Shown here piece after piece: positions 1 to 11,754 of a stretch of 64,000 nucleotides of DNA. Position 1 is the first letter of the stretch, and every line of letters begins with the position of its first letter. The notes below the pieces were generated by a model. That model ran no database searches. It saw only the letters and a list, made by a program, of their open reading frames with translations, and had not been told where the DNA came from. Both the position numbers and the translations under genes were made by a program. This DNA is from Octopus sinensis (taxonomy: Eukaryota): NCBI RefSeq assembly GCF_006345805.1, contig NC_043016.1, forward strand, positions 7,316,001 through 7,380,000, read 5' to 3'.

Positions 1-92
1 ACCAAACCAAATCAGACTGCAACTGGGTATGGCACTCCGGCTTGCCAGCTCTGGTCAAACTGTCCAACATATGCCAGCATGGAAAACTGACA
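1..92 (+). mobile_element. 3' tail of RTE-type LINE family, interrupted at its TTAA by a MITE; the (GAT)n tail resumes at 314-340
   Basis: Matches the tail at 4920-5030 and 12900-13030 (..ccaacccatgccagcatggaaa..gacgttaaacgatgatg). Confidence 0.8.
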
Positions 93-313
93 TTAACCCT
101 TTCGTTACCAACCTGGCTGAAACTGGCTCTGAATACAAATGTCTTGTTTTCATGAGTTTTGAACTAAAATCTTCCACCAAGCTTTAGTCACAATTTATGT
201 TCCTAACACTAGCTGAATGATAACAGTTATTTTACTAAATTCTTTGTTATATTTAAAATTAATTGAAAGAAACACAGAGCATCTCAACAGAAATACAGTA
301 ATAAAAGTGTTAA
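93..313 (+). mobile_element. piggyBac-type MITE (TTAA TSD, CCCTTT..AAAGGG-like TIR)
   Basis: TTAA|CCCTTTCGTTAC at 93-108 and GTAATAAAAGTG|TTAA at 298-313; homologous to 31637-31866. Confidence 0.75.
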
Positions 314-1647
314 AGGATGATGATAATGATAATGATTATGACACATACATACACACATGCATGCGTGTGTATGTATGTATGTGTGTGTGTGTGTGTGTGT
401 GTGTAAAAGATAAATTTAAAGTAAACAAAAAGATCTTAAAACTCTAAACAAATGTAAAGACAACTTATTATATCTTATTAATGTAGATTTATGTGCACGC
501 ATGCACACTCACACACACACACATGTGCACATACCTGCATACATATAAATGCACATACATGTATACATACAGGTTAACAAACACACACACACACACACAC
601 AGATTCATTTCTGTGTAGATGTGTCAAACCTTTAGTACATATTTACATTCATTTTCGGAATTTTGTCTTATTGTCTTAATTAGTCTGTTACAAGATAGAA
701 CAGTTGACATTAATCCTTAAAAGCTGTCCCAGACTGGTGTGATTGATGTAGTTGATCTATCTGTCATCCACTTAAACCCATAATTAATTACTGGCTCCTC
801 CATGTATCTTTGTTAATCAGAGAAATGATTAATTAATGAAATATATAATGATTAATTAATATCCATTTAACCTTCTCAGTTCTGCTCTCTTTCTTTTCCT
901 TTCCATTCAGTTTTTCTGATTTCATTGATATTGATCTGTTTACACATAGAAAGAACAAATGCTTACATGTTAATTTTACATATCCATGCCTATATACATG
1001 TATACATTATATATATACTTATATGTATACATACTTTTACTAAAGCTATAAAAATCTTCCACAGTTCATTGGAGAGTTGTGATCACAACTGTCCAATGAA
1101 TAGAAATGTGAAGCTCTGATTAACAGTCTTGTGATAATTTTGTAGATTTAATAGAAGCATATTACTCTGCCTTTGGTAATCAAGTACTATTTTTTCCACC
1201 ATGTTTTGCATATGTGTATGTGTGTGTGTGTACACATTCATACAAAAGTACAACCCAAGACATAACAAACTTTAACAGAGTATATACATACACAGATAAC
1301 TATCCATACACAAAATTCATTCTGCCATTTATCATAAGGAACCTACACAGCCACTTTAGCCACTGGACTACATGCAAACAACTGCTGTCCACTCTCCCAT
1401 CAGACAGATTAAATTCGGAGTGCCTTGATTATAACTAAACATGTTCACTCAACCGTGTCAGCCTTCTTTTTAGGTCCAAAATATTCTGTCATATGACACT
1501 AATGCACGGACGTAGCAGGGAACAAAAGGTTATAAACTTAATCATGTGTTCATTCCCTACAAACACTTGACAGAAAACATTCAGAGCATTGATTGTTTGG
1601 ACTTATGACACCAAAAATCGTTCCTTGATACTAACACACAGACATAG

Positions 1648-1785
1648 CGGGTGGGGTGGGGGGATCTACATAGGTTTCTAAGACCAATCATGTGACTGTC
1701 CTCTACCAATCAAACCCTTGTCAAAACACTAATTTGAGCCATGAACTCCCTATAAAAACAGGTCAAACTTCAAACACTAGTTAGA
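1648..1785 (+). promoter_or_regulatory. Candidate RNA Pol II core promoter, TSS about 1779
   Basis: G-rich GT-box 1648-1663, CCAAT at 1684 and 1706, TATAAAA at 1751-1757, Inr-like CTAGTT with A at 1779 (28 nt from the TATA start). Confidence 0.5.
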
Positions 1786-1886
1786 AGCAAGATAGCTGTG
1801 ACATAAGCCGTATCTTTCTATTTGAACTTATTGCAAATCAGCGTAAACTGTGAAACCAGTTAAAGCTTCAAATATTTTAATAAAAT

Positions 1887-2207
1887 ACTAGCACTATGAC
1901 CCGGCAACACTGGGTCATAGTGCTAATGCATGCGTATACAGCTGCGTGCATGCGCACATACATGCAAGTACTGTCCAAATCTCAGACCAATCACATACAG
2001 CTAGCTGGCATTCAATTAGCGTATCAAGTTTTGGGCATTTTGATTGGGTTTTGGATAGAAAATTCACAAAAAAGTCACTTCTATTGATTTTTTAATGGCT
2101 TTGCGGGGTGACTGGGGAAATGTAAAGATGTGCACGACCACCCTTTGATGGTTTTGAATGACCATAGAAAGTGCGAGCCCTCTAACTGGAAAAATTGTAT
2201 AAAGGAT

Positions 2208-2238
<31 letters not shown>

Positions 2239-2266
2239 GACATTTTGCCATTTATATATATAGAGA
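1887..2266 (+). mobile_element. Non-autonomous Helitron-like element (Lep1/DINE-like architecture)
   Basis: Starts ACTAG with a perfect 14-bp hairpin (1889-1902/1912-1925), has an internal (CA)n, ends TTTATATATATAGAGAT. Confidence 0.55.
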
Positions 2267-2365
2267 TATTTTAACTATTCTCAGTGCATTTTCAACTTCT
2301 ATTTTCCTTCTATTTCTACTTGTGTGGAATAAAATAACTTTGGTTTCTATAGATACATATATACA

Positions 2366-2500
2366 GGTGCAGGATTGGCCATGTGACAAGACGCTTGCTT
2401 CCCAACCACATGGTTCCGGATTCAGTCCCACTGCATGGCACCTTGGGCAAATCCTTCTGAGTGGATATGGTAGACAGAAACTGAAAGAAGCCAATTGCAT
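2366..2500 (+). mobile_element. tRNA-derived SINE family A, internally deleted copy
   Basis: Head similar to 17505 and 57993 copies; ggcaccttgggcaa core; tail missing. Confidence 0.75.
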
Positions 2501-2517
2501 ACATATTTATATATATA

Positions 2518-2560
<43 letters not shown>

Positions 2561-2565
<5 letters not shown>

Positions 2566-3520
2566 TGGACAAAATAATGGAGACGCCTTAAAATTTTTTC
2601 AAACAAATTCATTTTAATATGGAGGAGGACCGCCTTTGGTAGTAATTACAACTTGAATTCTATGAGGTATGGACTCATACAAAGTTTGAATTGTTTCCAA
2701 AGGAATTTTTGTCCATTCTTCAGCTAAAATCATCGCCAGTTCTCGTAGTGATGATAGTGGAGGATATCGGCTCCTTACTTGTTTTTCTAAAATGCACCAT
2801 AAATGTTGAATAATATTGAGATCTGGGGACTGTGGTGGTCAGATAAGATGTTCTAGTGAAGTTGAACATCTTATCAGTTATTCAGCTACAACTTAACTGT
2901 GTGAATTGGGGCATTATCATCGTGAAAGATTGTTTTCCCCTCCAGAAACAGTTCCACAACCATAGGATGAATTTGATCAGATAGAATGCTTAAATAGTCT
3001 TGACTATTAATTCCACCATGAAGGGTAACCATTGGGCCAGGAGATTTCCAAGATATAGCCCCCCTCCGCCCCGACCATCACAAATACTCCATGTTTAACA
3101 GTTGGAAAAAGGCAGTCTGGGTCAAATGATTCCTTTGGTTGTCTCCACATGTATACTTGGTCGGTGGTTGGAAATAAGGTAAAGGATGACTCATCCAAGA
3201 AAATAACATTCTTCCACTGCTCTAGGGACCAATTCGGTAGGTTTTTACTCCACTCTAAACACTTTGCAACATTAGTTTTTGAAAGGAGTGGTTTTCTGAT
3301 TGCAGCCCTCCCATGAAATCCAGCTTTGTGCAGCTCCCAGTGAACAGTTTTTGTGGAAACTGGGTTCTCGAGGCAGTCATTAAGCTCTGCAGTAATTTTG
3401 GGAGCTGTACTTTTGTGATTCTTTCTAACAATTTATGTAAGAGTCCAACAGTCCCTCTCTGAAAATTTTGGTTTTCTTCCAGTTTTTCCCTCTTTCTCAA
3501 AGGCTGTCATTACTTTCATA
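2561..3520 (-). mobile_element. Tc1-like (DD34E) transposon, degenerate, one end missing
   Basis: TIR-like AGGGTTGGACAAAATAATGG after (TA)n; minus-strand DESSFTLF, HDDNAPIH, NIIQHLW..LEK and RKPLLSKTN motifs across frameshifts. Confidence 0.85.
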
Positions 3521-3849
3521 TATGAATTTCAAGATTCTCATACTAAAGTGTACTTACCAAAATCAAAAGCAGTAATTTTTAATTTATATTTCAAATAAAC
3601 ACCATTTTCCCATATTGCTTCATAATTTTTTTTTTAAAAACCCTATCATTCGTTAAATTATACAAATTTCATATTTGATATTACTGAAGAGAAGAAGAGT
3701 TATCTATAAATGCTTATCAATATAGGATTCCATTATTCTATATTATCTAAGTCTGTGAACTATATTTGGAATACAAGACAATATAACGGATTTTACATAT
3801 AACTATTATGGATTATTACAGAATACTAACCGAGGAAGTATATAAACTC

Positions 3850-5028
3850 TGAAAATGTGCGGAGAACAACTTCTGCCACATTCCAGGGAGAAAAACTAGA
3901 AATAGTTGTTAGCTTCCGTTACCTAGTTGACCAAGTCTGTAGTAGGGGAGGGTGCTCTGAAAGTGTAGCTGCTAGAATAAGAATAGCCTGGGCAAAATTC
4001 AGAGAGCTCCTACCTCTGCTTGTGACAAAGGACCTCTTGCTCAGAGTAAAAGGTAGACTGTATGACATAGTGTACAAACAGCCATGCTACATGGCAGTGA
4101 AACATGGGCTATGATTGCAGAGGACATGTGTAAGCTTGCAAGGAACGAAGCGAGTATGCTCCGCTGGATGTGTAATGTCAATGTGCATACTCAAGAGTCG
4201 AAGTGCCTTGAGAGATAACTGCGATGGTATGGTCATGTGGCATGAATGGATGAGGATAGCTGTGTGAAGAGGTGTCACACCCTAGTGGTTGAGGGAACCT
4301 GTGGAAGAGGTAGACCCAGGAAACATGGGATGTGATAGTGAAGCACGACCTTCGAACATTAGGCCTCACCGAGGCAATGACTAGTGACTGAGACCTTTGG
4401 AAGTATTCTGTGTTTGAGAAGACCCGGCAAGCCAAGTGAGACCATAACTTTGTGGCCTATGCCAGTGGTGTAACCAGCCCACTTATGCGTACCTTTCCTT
4501 CTTTGAACACTAAACTCTGCTTGCGAAGACTTGTTGAGGCAAGTGAAATCAATATCATATTCAATGACAGCACTGCTTGACTGGCATCCATGCCAGTGGA
4601 GCACTAAGAGCACCATCCAAGCATGATCGGTGCCAGGGCCACTGACTGGCTTCTCAGCCAGTGACATGTAAAAAGCCCCATTCAAGCGTGGTCATTACCA
4701 GTGTCACCTTACTGGCACCATACCGGTGGCACATGAAAAACAACATTCGAGCAAGGTTGTTGCCAGTGCTGCTGGGCTGGCTCCTGTGCAGGTGGCATGT
4801 AAGAAACACCATTTGAGCATGGCCGTTGCCAGTACTGCCTGACTGGCCCTCATACTAGTGGCACATAAAAGCACCCACTACACTCTCGGAGTGGTTGGCG
4901 TTAGGAAGGGCATCCAGCTGTAGAAACTCTGCCAGATCAGATTGGAGCCTGGTGCAGCCATCTGGCTCTCCAGTCCCCAGTCAAACCATCCAACCCATGC
5001 CAGCATGGAAAGCAGACGCTAAACGATG

Positions 5029-5030
<2 letters not shown>
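3850..5030 (+). mobile_element. 5'-truncated RTE-clade LINE: RT C-terminus plus 3'UTR ending in (GAT)n
   Basis: EKLEIVVSFRYL..V.ARIRIAWAKFRELLPLL..KGRLYD; the 3'UTR is shared with many short copies in the window. Confidence 0.85.
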
Positions 5031-5078
<48 letters not shown>

Positions 5079-5676
5079 TGTATAAACATATATATATAAC
5101 CACCACACTCACATACACACGCACATATATACTCCCATGCTAGCATGGAAAGCAGATGTTAAACAATGATGGTGATGAGGACATGTATATATATACACAC
5201 ACACACACATGTGCGCATGCACACACACCACACACACACCACACCAGTAGGGATATGAGATCAGTTTGGATCAGTTCACACAAATCAGTTATTACAATTT
5301 TTTCTGTAACAAGACCAGTTGATTGTTTGCTGGTCACTGCATAAATTCCACCCACCTGAGCTAAAACAATTGACTTTCAAATGTATTGATGTGAGATTTA
5401 ACCATTTGGTTTTTTGCTTCATAAAATATTCTATTTTAGCATTAAGTTCTGAAGATTAGTAAAGTGTATTCCTTATGAAAATTGTAAGAAAATATAGATG
5501 AGGGTTTTTATGTAACTATGTATATATGAATGAGTGTATTTGTGTGTGTCTGTAAATGTGCATAATCTTCCACCTGACCTTTGTCAACCTACCTACCCAG
5601 AATACTTTTAACCTGTTATAAACTGTAATTCCGGTCTCAGTTTGATTTATTGTATCTATTCAGCTTCTTGTCCATC

Positions 5677-5727
<51 letters not shown>

Positions 5728-6348
5728 TGTATAAACATATATATATAACACACACACTCACATACACACGCACATATATACTCCCATGCTAGCATGGAAA
5801 GCAGATGTTAAACAATGATGGTGATGAGGACATGTATATATATACACACACACACACATGTGCGCATGCACACACACACACACACACACATACAGTAGGG
5901 ATATGAGATCAGTTTGGATCAGTTCACACAAATCAGTTATTACAATTTTTTCTGTAACAAGAACCAGTTGATTGTTTGCTGGTCACTGCATAGAAATTCC
6001 ACCCACCTGAGCTAACAATTTGACTTTCAAATGTATTGATGTGAGATTTAACCATTTGGTTTTTTGCTTCATAAAATATTCTATTTTAGCATTAAGTTCT
6101 GAAGATTAGTAAAGTGTATTCCTTATGAAAATTGTAAGAAAATATAGATGAGGGTTTTTATGTAACTATGTATATATGAATGAGTGTATTTGTGTGTGTC
6201 TGTAAATGTGCATAATCTTCCACCTGACCTTTGTCAACCTACCTACCCAGAATACTTTTAACCTGTTATAAACTGTAATTCCGGTCTCAGTTTGATTTAT
6301 TGTATCTATTCAGCTTCTTGTCCATCTTTCTATATATATATATATATA
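5031..6348. repeat. Near-identical tandem duplication of about 650 bp bounded by (TA)n tracts
   Basis: 5062-5681 versus 5710-6331 differ, by eye, mainly by 1-2 nt indels. Confidence 0.9.
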
Positions 6349-6876
6349 TGTGTGTGTCTGTACAACCCGATATCTATTTCTTTGTTTGCTTGTGAGATGT
6401 ATATCTACTTTCCTACCAAACTTTTTGACCCTTCTCTTTCTCCCTTCACCTTGAAACCTTGGATTTCTCACCCTCTCACACCACCCCATTTGTTTAGCCA
6501 CTTTGCTTCTCACCAAATCTACCCCTCAACCTCAGTTTCTTTCTTAATTATCTCACTTTCAAAGTGTTAAAAAATCTTATCCGAATATTCAGTGTCAAAA
6601 TTTACTAATCTTCTAAACTTTAAATTAACTTATTTTTCTTGGCCAAGATCACCACTAGTTTCTTTGAATTCCAGGTTTCACCCTATTATAGTTTAATATC
6701 ATATTAATAATGTGATACTGTATTGCTGAAATGAGAATATTTTATACAAAACCTGTGGTTGGACATTTTCATAACTCAGTGATGAATGGATTGTTAAAAT
6801 TTTCGTACTTAAATGAAACTAGTTGTTGAAATTTGGGCCATTCAACACTGTGTGTGTGTGTGTACATATATATACA

Positions 6877-6910
<34 letters not shown>

Positions 6911-7042
6911 CATACACACATATATATATATATATGTCCATACATACATAATACATACACACACACACATATATATATATAATATATACACACACATCAT
7001 ATACATATATACATATATATATATATACATACATACATACAT

Positions 7043-7093
<51 letters not shown>

Positions 7094-7569
7094 AATCAAT
7101 GTGCACACACATTGACATTGCTCTTAGTTTTTACATATGTTTTCACATGATCTTATTTGTTTCAGCATGTGATTATCCAACAGGTGTGGTATGTTTATCA
7201 TAATTTATTTTACCCCCATTCACTTAACCCCAGATTTATTCTACACAGAACATTGATCAGAAATCAATGGCAAGAAATTGAACTCTTAATAAACGGAATA
7301 CTACAAATCTTTTGAATTGGAGTAATTTTTAGAATAAACAAGAATTTTTGCAATAAGAAATAAATACTTGTGTTTTAATTAAGAAAGAATTAATACTCAT
7401 TGAAACTAACGGAATTTGATACCCAATACACACATGAAAGGAAATTATAAATGACAACATTCACTTTAATTTATTTATTTTAATTTGAAACTCTAGTTGA
7501 TTGTGTGTATGCATATGAATGTATATAAATGTGCGTGTGTGTGTGTGTGTGTATATATACATATATATA

Positions 7570-8368
7570 TAGGGTGTGATGAATAACTTGTCTAAATTTG
7601 CAAAAATCTCATTTTACTAGATCATTTTAACAGACATCTCATTTTAACAGATATATTTACCAAAATTACATAAAAATATCTTGAAAGACTAAAGAGTAAA
7701 TTTATTCAATAAAATCACCCATTGGCTCCAACCACATCCTCTAGACGACTTCAGAATCTCCTTCAACTCTTCTGGATGGTCTCCTTGTTTAAGTTGGTGA
7801 AGGCTGCCATAATCCTTGCCTTCAGTTCATCTTTGGTTTTACAAGGAGTTTTGTTGGTCTCTTGCTCAACTGCACCCCACACATAATAATCCAGGGGATT
7901 GCAGTTGGAGGAGTTAGGGGTGATGTGGTCACAAAAATTGTTTGACAACTATGATTGGGTTCTCCTGCTTGTTTGCCATAGTGCAGAGTGCTATTGTCAG
8001 ATATAGGGTCTTCTAGCAGCAACTACTCCATGCACTTGATGTAGGCCTCTGTTGAATCTGAGGCTGTGTGGGGAAAATGAATAGAAGCATAACATTGCCA
8101 TCACTAGTGATCACTCCAAACATCATGATGTTGACTGGATGTTTAATTTTTATCACTCATGGTACATGTCCTCTGATTAAAACCCAAACACTCAGCATGT
8201 CGTTTCCAAATTTCTGGCAGAGTGAATTGTGTCATGGTGCTATTTTTCTCACAGACAATGCCCAACTGACCCTACATTACTGTATACTTGATATAATAAA
8301 AAAAAAACAATGCACATGCACAAAATTAAAAATATAAAATGGTGACAATTTACCCATTGCACCCTGTA
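7570..8368 (-). mobile_element. IS630/Tc1/mariner element, maT (DD37D)-like, internally deleted, both ends present
   Basis: Ends TAGGGTGTGATGAATAACTTGTC and GACAATTTACCCATTGCACCCTG|TA; PNS..CNPLDYYVWG motif; homologous to 24765 and 34080 copies. Confidence 0.8.
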
Positions 8369-8392
8369 TGTTTGTATATATATATATATATG

Positions 8393-8431
<39 letters not shown>

Positions 8432-8878
8432 GTATATGTATGTATATGTATATATGTATGTATATGTATATATGTATATATATATGTATGTATGTATGTA
8501 TATGTATGTATGTATATATATATATATGTATGTATGTATATATATATATATGTATGTATGTATATATATATATATGTATGTATGTATATATATATGTATG
8601 TATGTATATATATATATATGTATGTATGTATATATATATGTATGTATGTATGTATATGTATGTATATGTATATATGTATGTATATGTATATATGTATGTA
8701 TATATATATATATGTATGTATGTATGTATATGTATATATGTATGTATATGTATATATGTATGTATATGTATATATGTATGTATATATATATATGTATGTA
8801 TATATATATGTATGTATATATATATATGTATGTATATATATATATGTATATGTATATATGTATATGTATATATGTATG

Positions 8879-8923
<45 letters not shown>

Positions 8924-8924
8924 G

Positions 8925-8985
<61 letters not shown>

Positions 8986-9002
8986 GTATGTATATATGTA
9001 TG

Positions 9003-9059
<57 letters not shown>

Positions 9060-9262
9060 GTATATGTATATATGTATGTATGTATATGTATATGTATATA
9101 TGTATGTATGTATATGTATATATATATGTATGTATGTATATGTATATATGTGTATATGTATGTATGTATATGTATGTATATGTATGTATGTATGTATATG
9201 TATGTATATGTATGTATGTATATGTATGTATGTATATGTATGTATGTATATGTATGTATATG

Positions 9263-9294
<32 letters not shown>

Positions 9295-9375
9295 TATATG
9301 TGTATATATGTATGTGTGTATATATATATATGTGTGTGTATATATATATATGTGTGTATATATATGTATGTACAT
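8369..9375. repeat. About 1 kb compound (TA)n/(TATG)n microsatellite
   Basis: Seen directly; source of spurious IY/CM-rich ORFs. Confidence 0.95.
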
Positions 9376-10147
9376 AAGAATTTAATGCATTTTCAATCTT
9401 CTCTCAGTATGTTCAGGGTTTGTAAAATTGTCTATACATAATTTTACATTGGTCAATCAGATTCCAACATTTTTTTTTACTTCCATTTTATTTGATATTT
9501 TTACAATATTAAAAATAATTCCATGTTTTATGCTTTATGACTCAAGTGAAATTAGAAGAAAAGTAATAGAAAAGAACTTTATTGAGCAGCTTAAATCCAT
9601 CTTATGTGGCCAACAATGATGGCAACTATGACAATAATATATTGATTTAAATGTAATTTTACTCTTAATCTGTAGTAATACTGACAGTATAATTAGTCCA
9701 AATTTTCACTTAATTTAATTTTAAAATAATTGAAACAGGACTATGGTTTGTAGTCATTTTCCAACATCTGATTGTAGCCTAATCCTCTGTGTCTCTGGTT
9801 GGTTAAAATGTTTCTAAAAGTGAGTGTTATCAATGATGGCTGTGTTGCCACATTCATCAAACCTTGACACCTAAACTACACGCTGATTGGTTTAAATAGT
9901 GTTTATTAGCTTCAGCCTGCTGGATCCTTCCAGGAAGTGAAGGAAAGATTCAGTTATTTCACTACAGTTGTCAAATGTGAAGTACATTACTGTTTGTTAA
10001 TGTTACTGCATAAATGTTTACCTGAAGATTGTTATAAAACAAGAAAGTACTTGTAATACAGTAATATGTAATATTGCAAAATTGTAAACATGCAAAAATA
10101 AAAATCCAGACCGTTGGAATTTGATTGGCCTGACCAAGTCGGTCCGA

Positions 10148-10201
10148 CCCCACTGAAGAGGCTACGGCAAAAAAAGCTGAAACTGACTGATCAGTCTGGG
10201 G
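10148..10201 (+). ncRNA. Canonical type I hammerhead ribozyme, predicted cleavage after GUC (C10196)
   Basis: Stem I CCCCA/TGGGG, core CTGAAGA, stem II GGCT/AGCT (G.U closing), GAAA, stem III ACTGA/TCAGT with CTGA loop, then C. Confidence 0.85.
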
Positions 10202-10534
10202 ATATCTTTGACTGCTCCTTTTCAGGTGATTACAGTCCCTGTCAGCATGTATCTTCACAATTATGTGCTGTGACTGCACCATTAGAGCATTTAGCTCTTA
10301 TTCATAGTAATGTAGGTGTTTCTAACACACTCAATCATATTTAATGTTGGTTATAGTTTTCCTGTTTGGTACACATTGATTACCAGTGCCTACATTAATT
10401 ATTTATACACACACACCACACATAGAACAATCAACTAGAGTTTATATAGCTTGAATATTTATGTTAAAGATATTATGCAGTAAATAATATTTACTTTCAC
10501 ACACCACACACACACTATATATATATTATATATC

Positions 10535-10572
<38 letters not shown>

Positions 10573-10684
10573 TATTTATGTTAAATATATATATTATATA
10601 TGTGTAACATATATATTATATAATCTATGTATAATATATATGTTACATATGATGTATATATATTACATATGACACACACACACA

Positions 10685-10716
<32 letters not shown>

Positions 10717-11754
10717 TACATGATATGTTATATGTATATATATATATAATGTTGTATGTGTGTGTGTATATAATATATATTAATTCGATATATGGATATT
10801 ATACATAAAGTATTTGTGTATATGTTATATAATTTGTTTTAAATTCCTATGTTATACCAATATTTGTTGCAATCTTATATTATACCCATGTTTATATGAG
10901 ATTGATATTAAATTCACCCAGTATTAATTTTATATAATTATTGAATATATTTTCACACAGAACTGATCACATTTAGATTTCTTGCCTTTTTCTGTCAATT
11001 TGGGATAATATATTCACAGATTCTTTCATCTACTAGAAATTAAAATTTTTTTTTTTTATTATAAATTATTAATTATTTATACAAAATATATTAAAATATG
11101 AATTTAAAATACACTGCTATTTACTTTACATCAGAAGAGACTATTTTGTAAATTATAGAACTTTAACTTCAAAGTTATATATCTTTTTAAGTCTACGAAA
11201 TTCCAATCACTTGTTTATCTTTCAAATTTGTTTGTCTGGTTTTCTTGAATCTGGCTTAATGTTAGAGTATTTAACGAGTAATAAACACCTAGATTAGAAT
11301 ACTAAACACCTGTAGTTTTAGCCTTCACTTCTGTAAATTTTTCACTTTCTTTCCCTCCATCTCTTTTCATCCCTTGTTTCCTCATTTTACATTCTCACAA
11401 TTATTTCTGAACAAGTGAAACAAATTTTTTTGTCATGTTATTAGTGCACAGCTAAATAGACTTGGGTATTATCAAGTTAATTGCCTTATTTATCATGGGT
11501 ACAATTTAACTGTGATTATACCTGAAATGCATCTGGTCAAACCTTTTAGGTGGCCACCCAACATTAAATCAGTACAGCTTTTTGTAAATACAAAATGGAA
11601 TGTAAAAGAGAATGGTTTTCTTTAACTCTTCACCCCCCTCCACCTTATTTTGGTAGTCATTTGACTATAACTAAATGCAACATGCTTTCCTTTTTTTGTT
11701 TTAAGATTTGTTCAACACCTAGTCTTGTTACAGCTCAGAGAAACATGTTCTGAA

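Noticed and set aside
6777-6850. C/D snoRNA candidate (GTGATGA plus 13-bp terminal inverted repeat CAGTG(A/T)TGAATGG)
   Set aside because: No CTGA D box near the 3' stem; more likely a tiny TIR relic, and single-copy in this window.
8339-9441. Long ORFs of 327-357 aa (also 6813-7118, 50111-50867, 54917-55633, 62054-63173)
   Set aside because: They are translations of (TA)/(TG)/(TATG) microsatellites (IY/CM/HT repeats), which lack stop codons in several frames.
10114-10344. 76-aa ORF MEFDWPDQVGPTPLKRLRQKK.. as a host exon
   Set aside because: The upstream AG has no pyrimidine tract (aaaaataaaaatccag). The sequence is fully explained by a complete hammerhead fold. Not excluded without RNA-seq.
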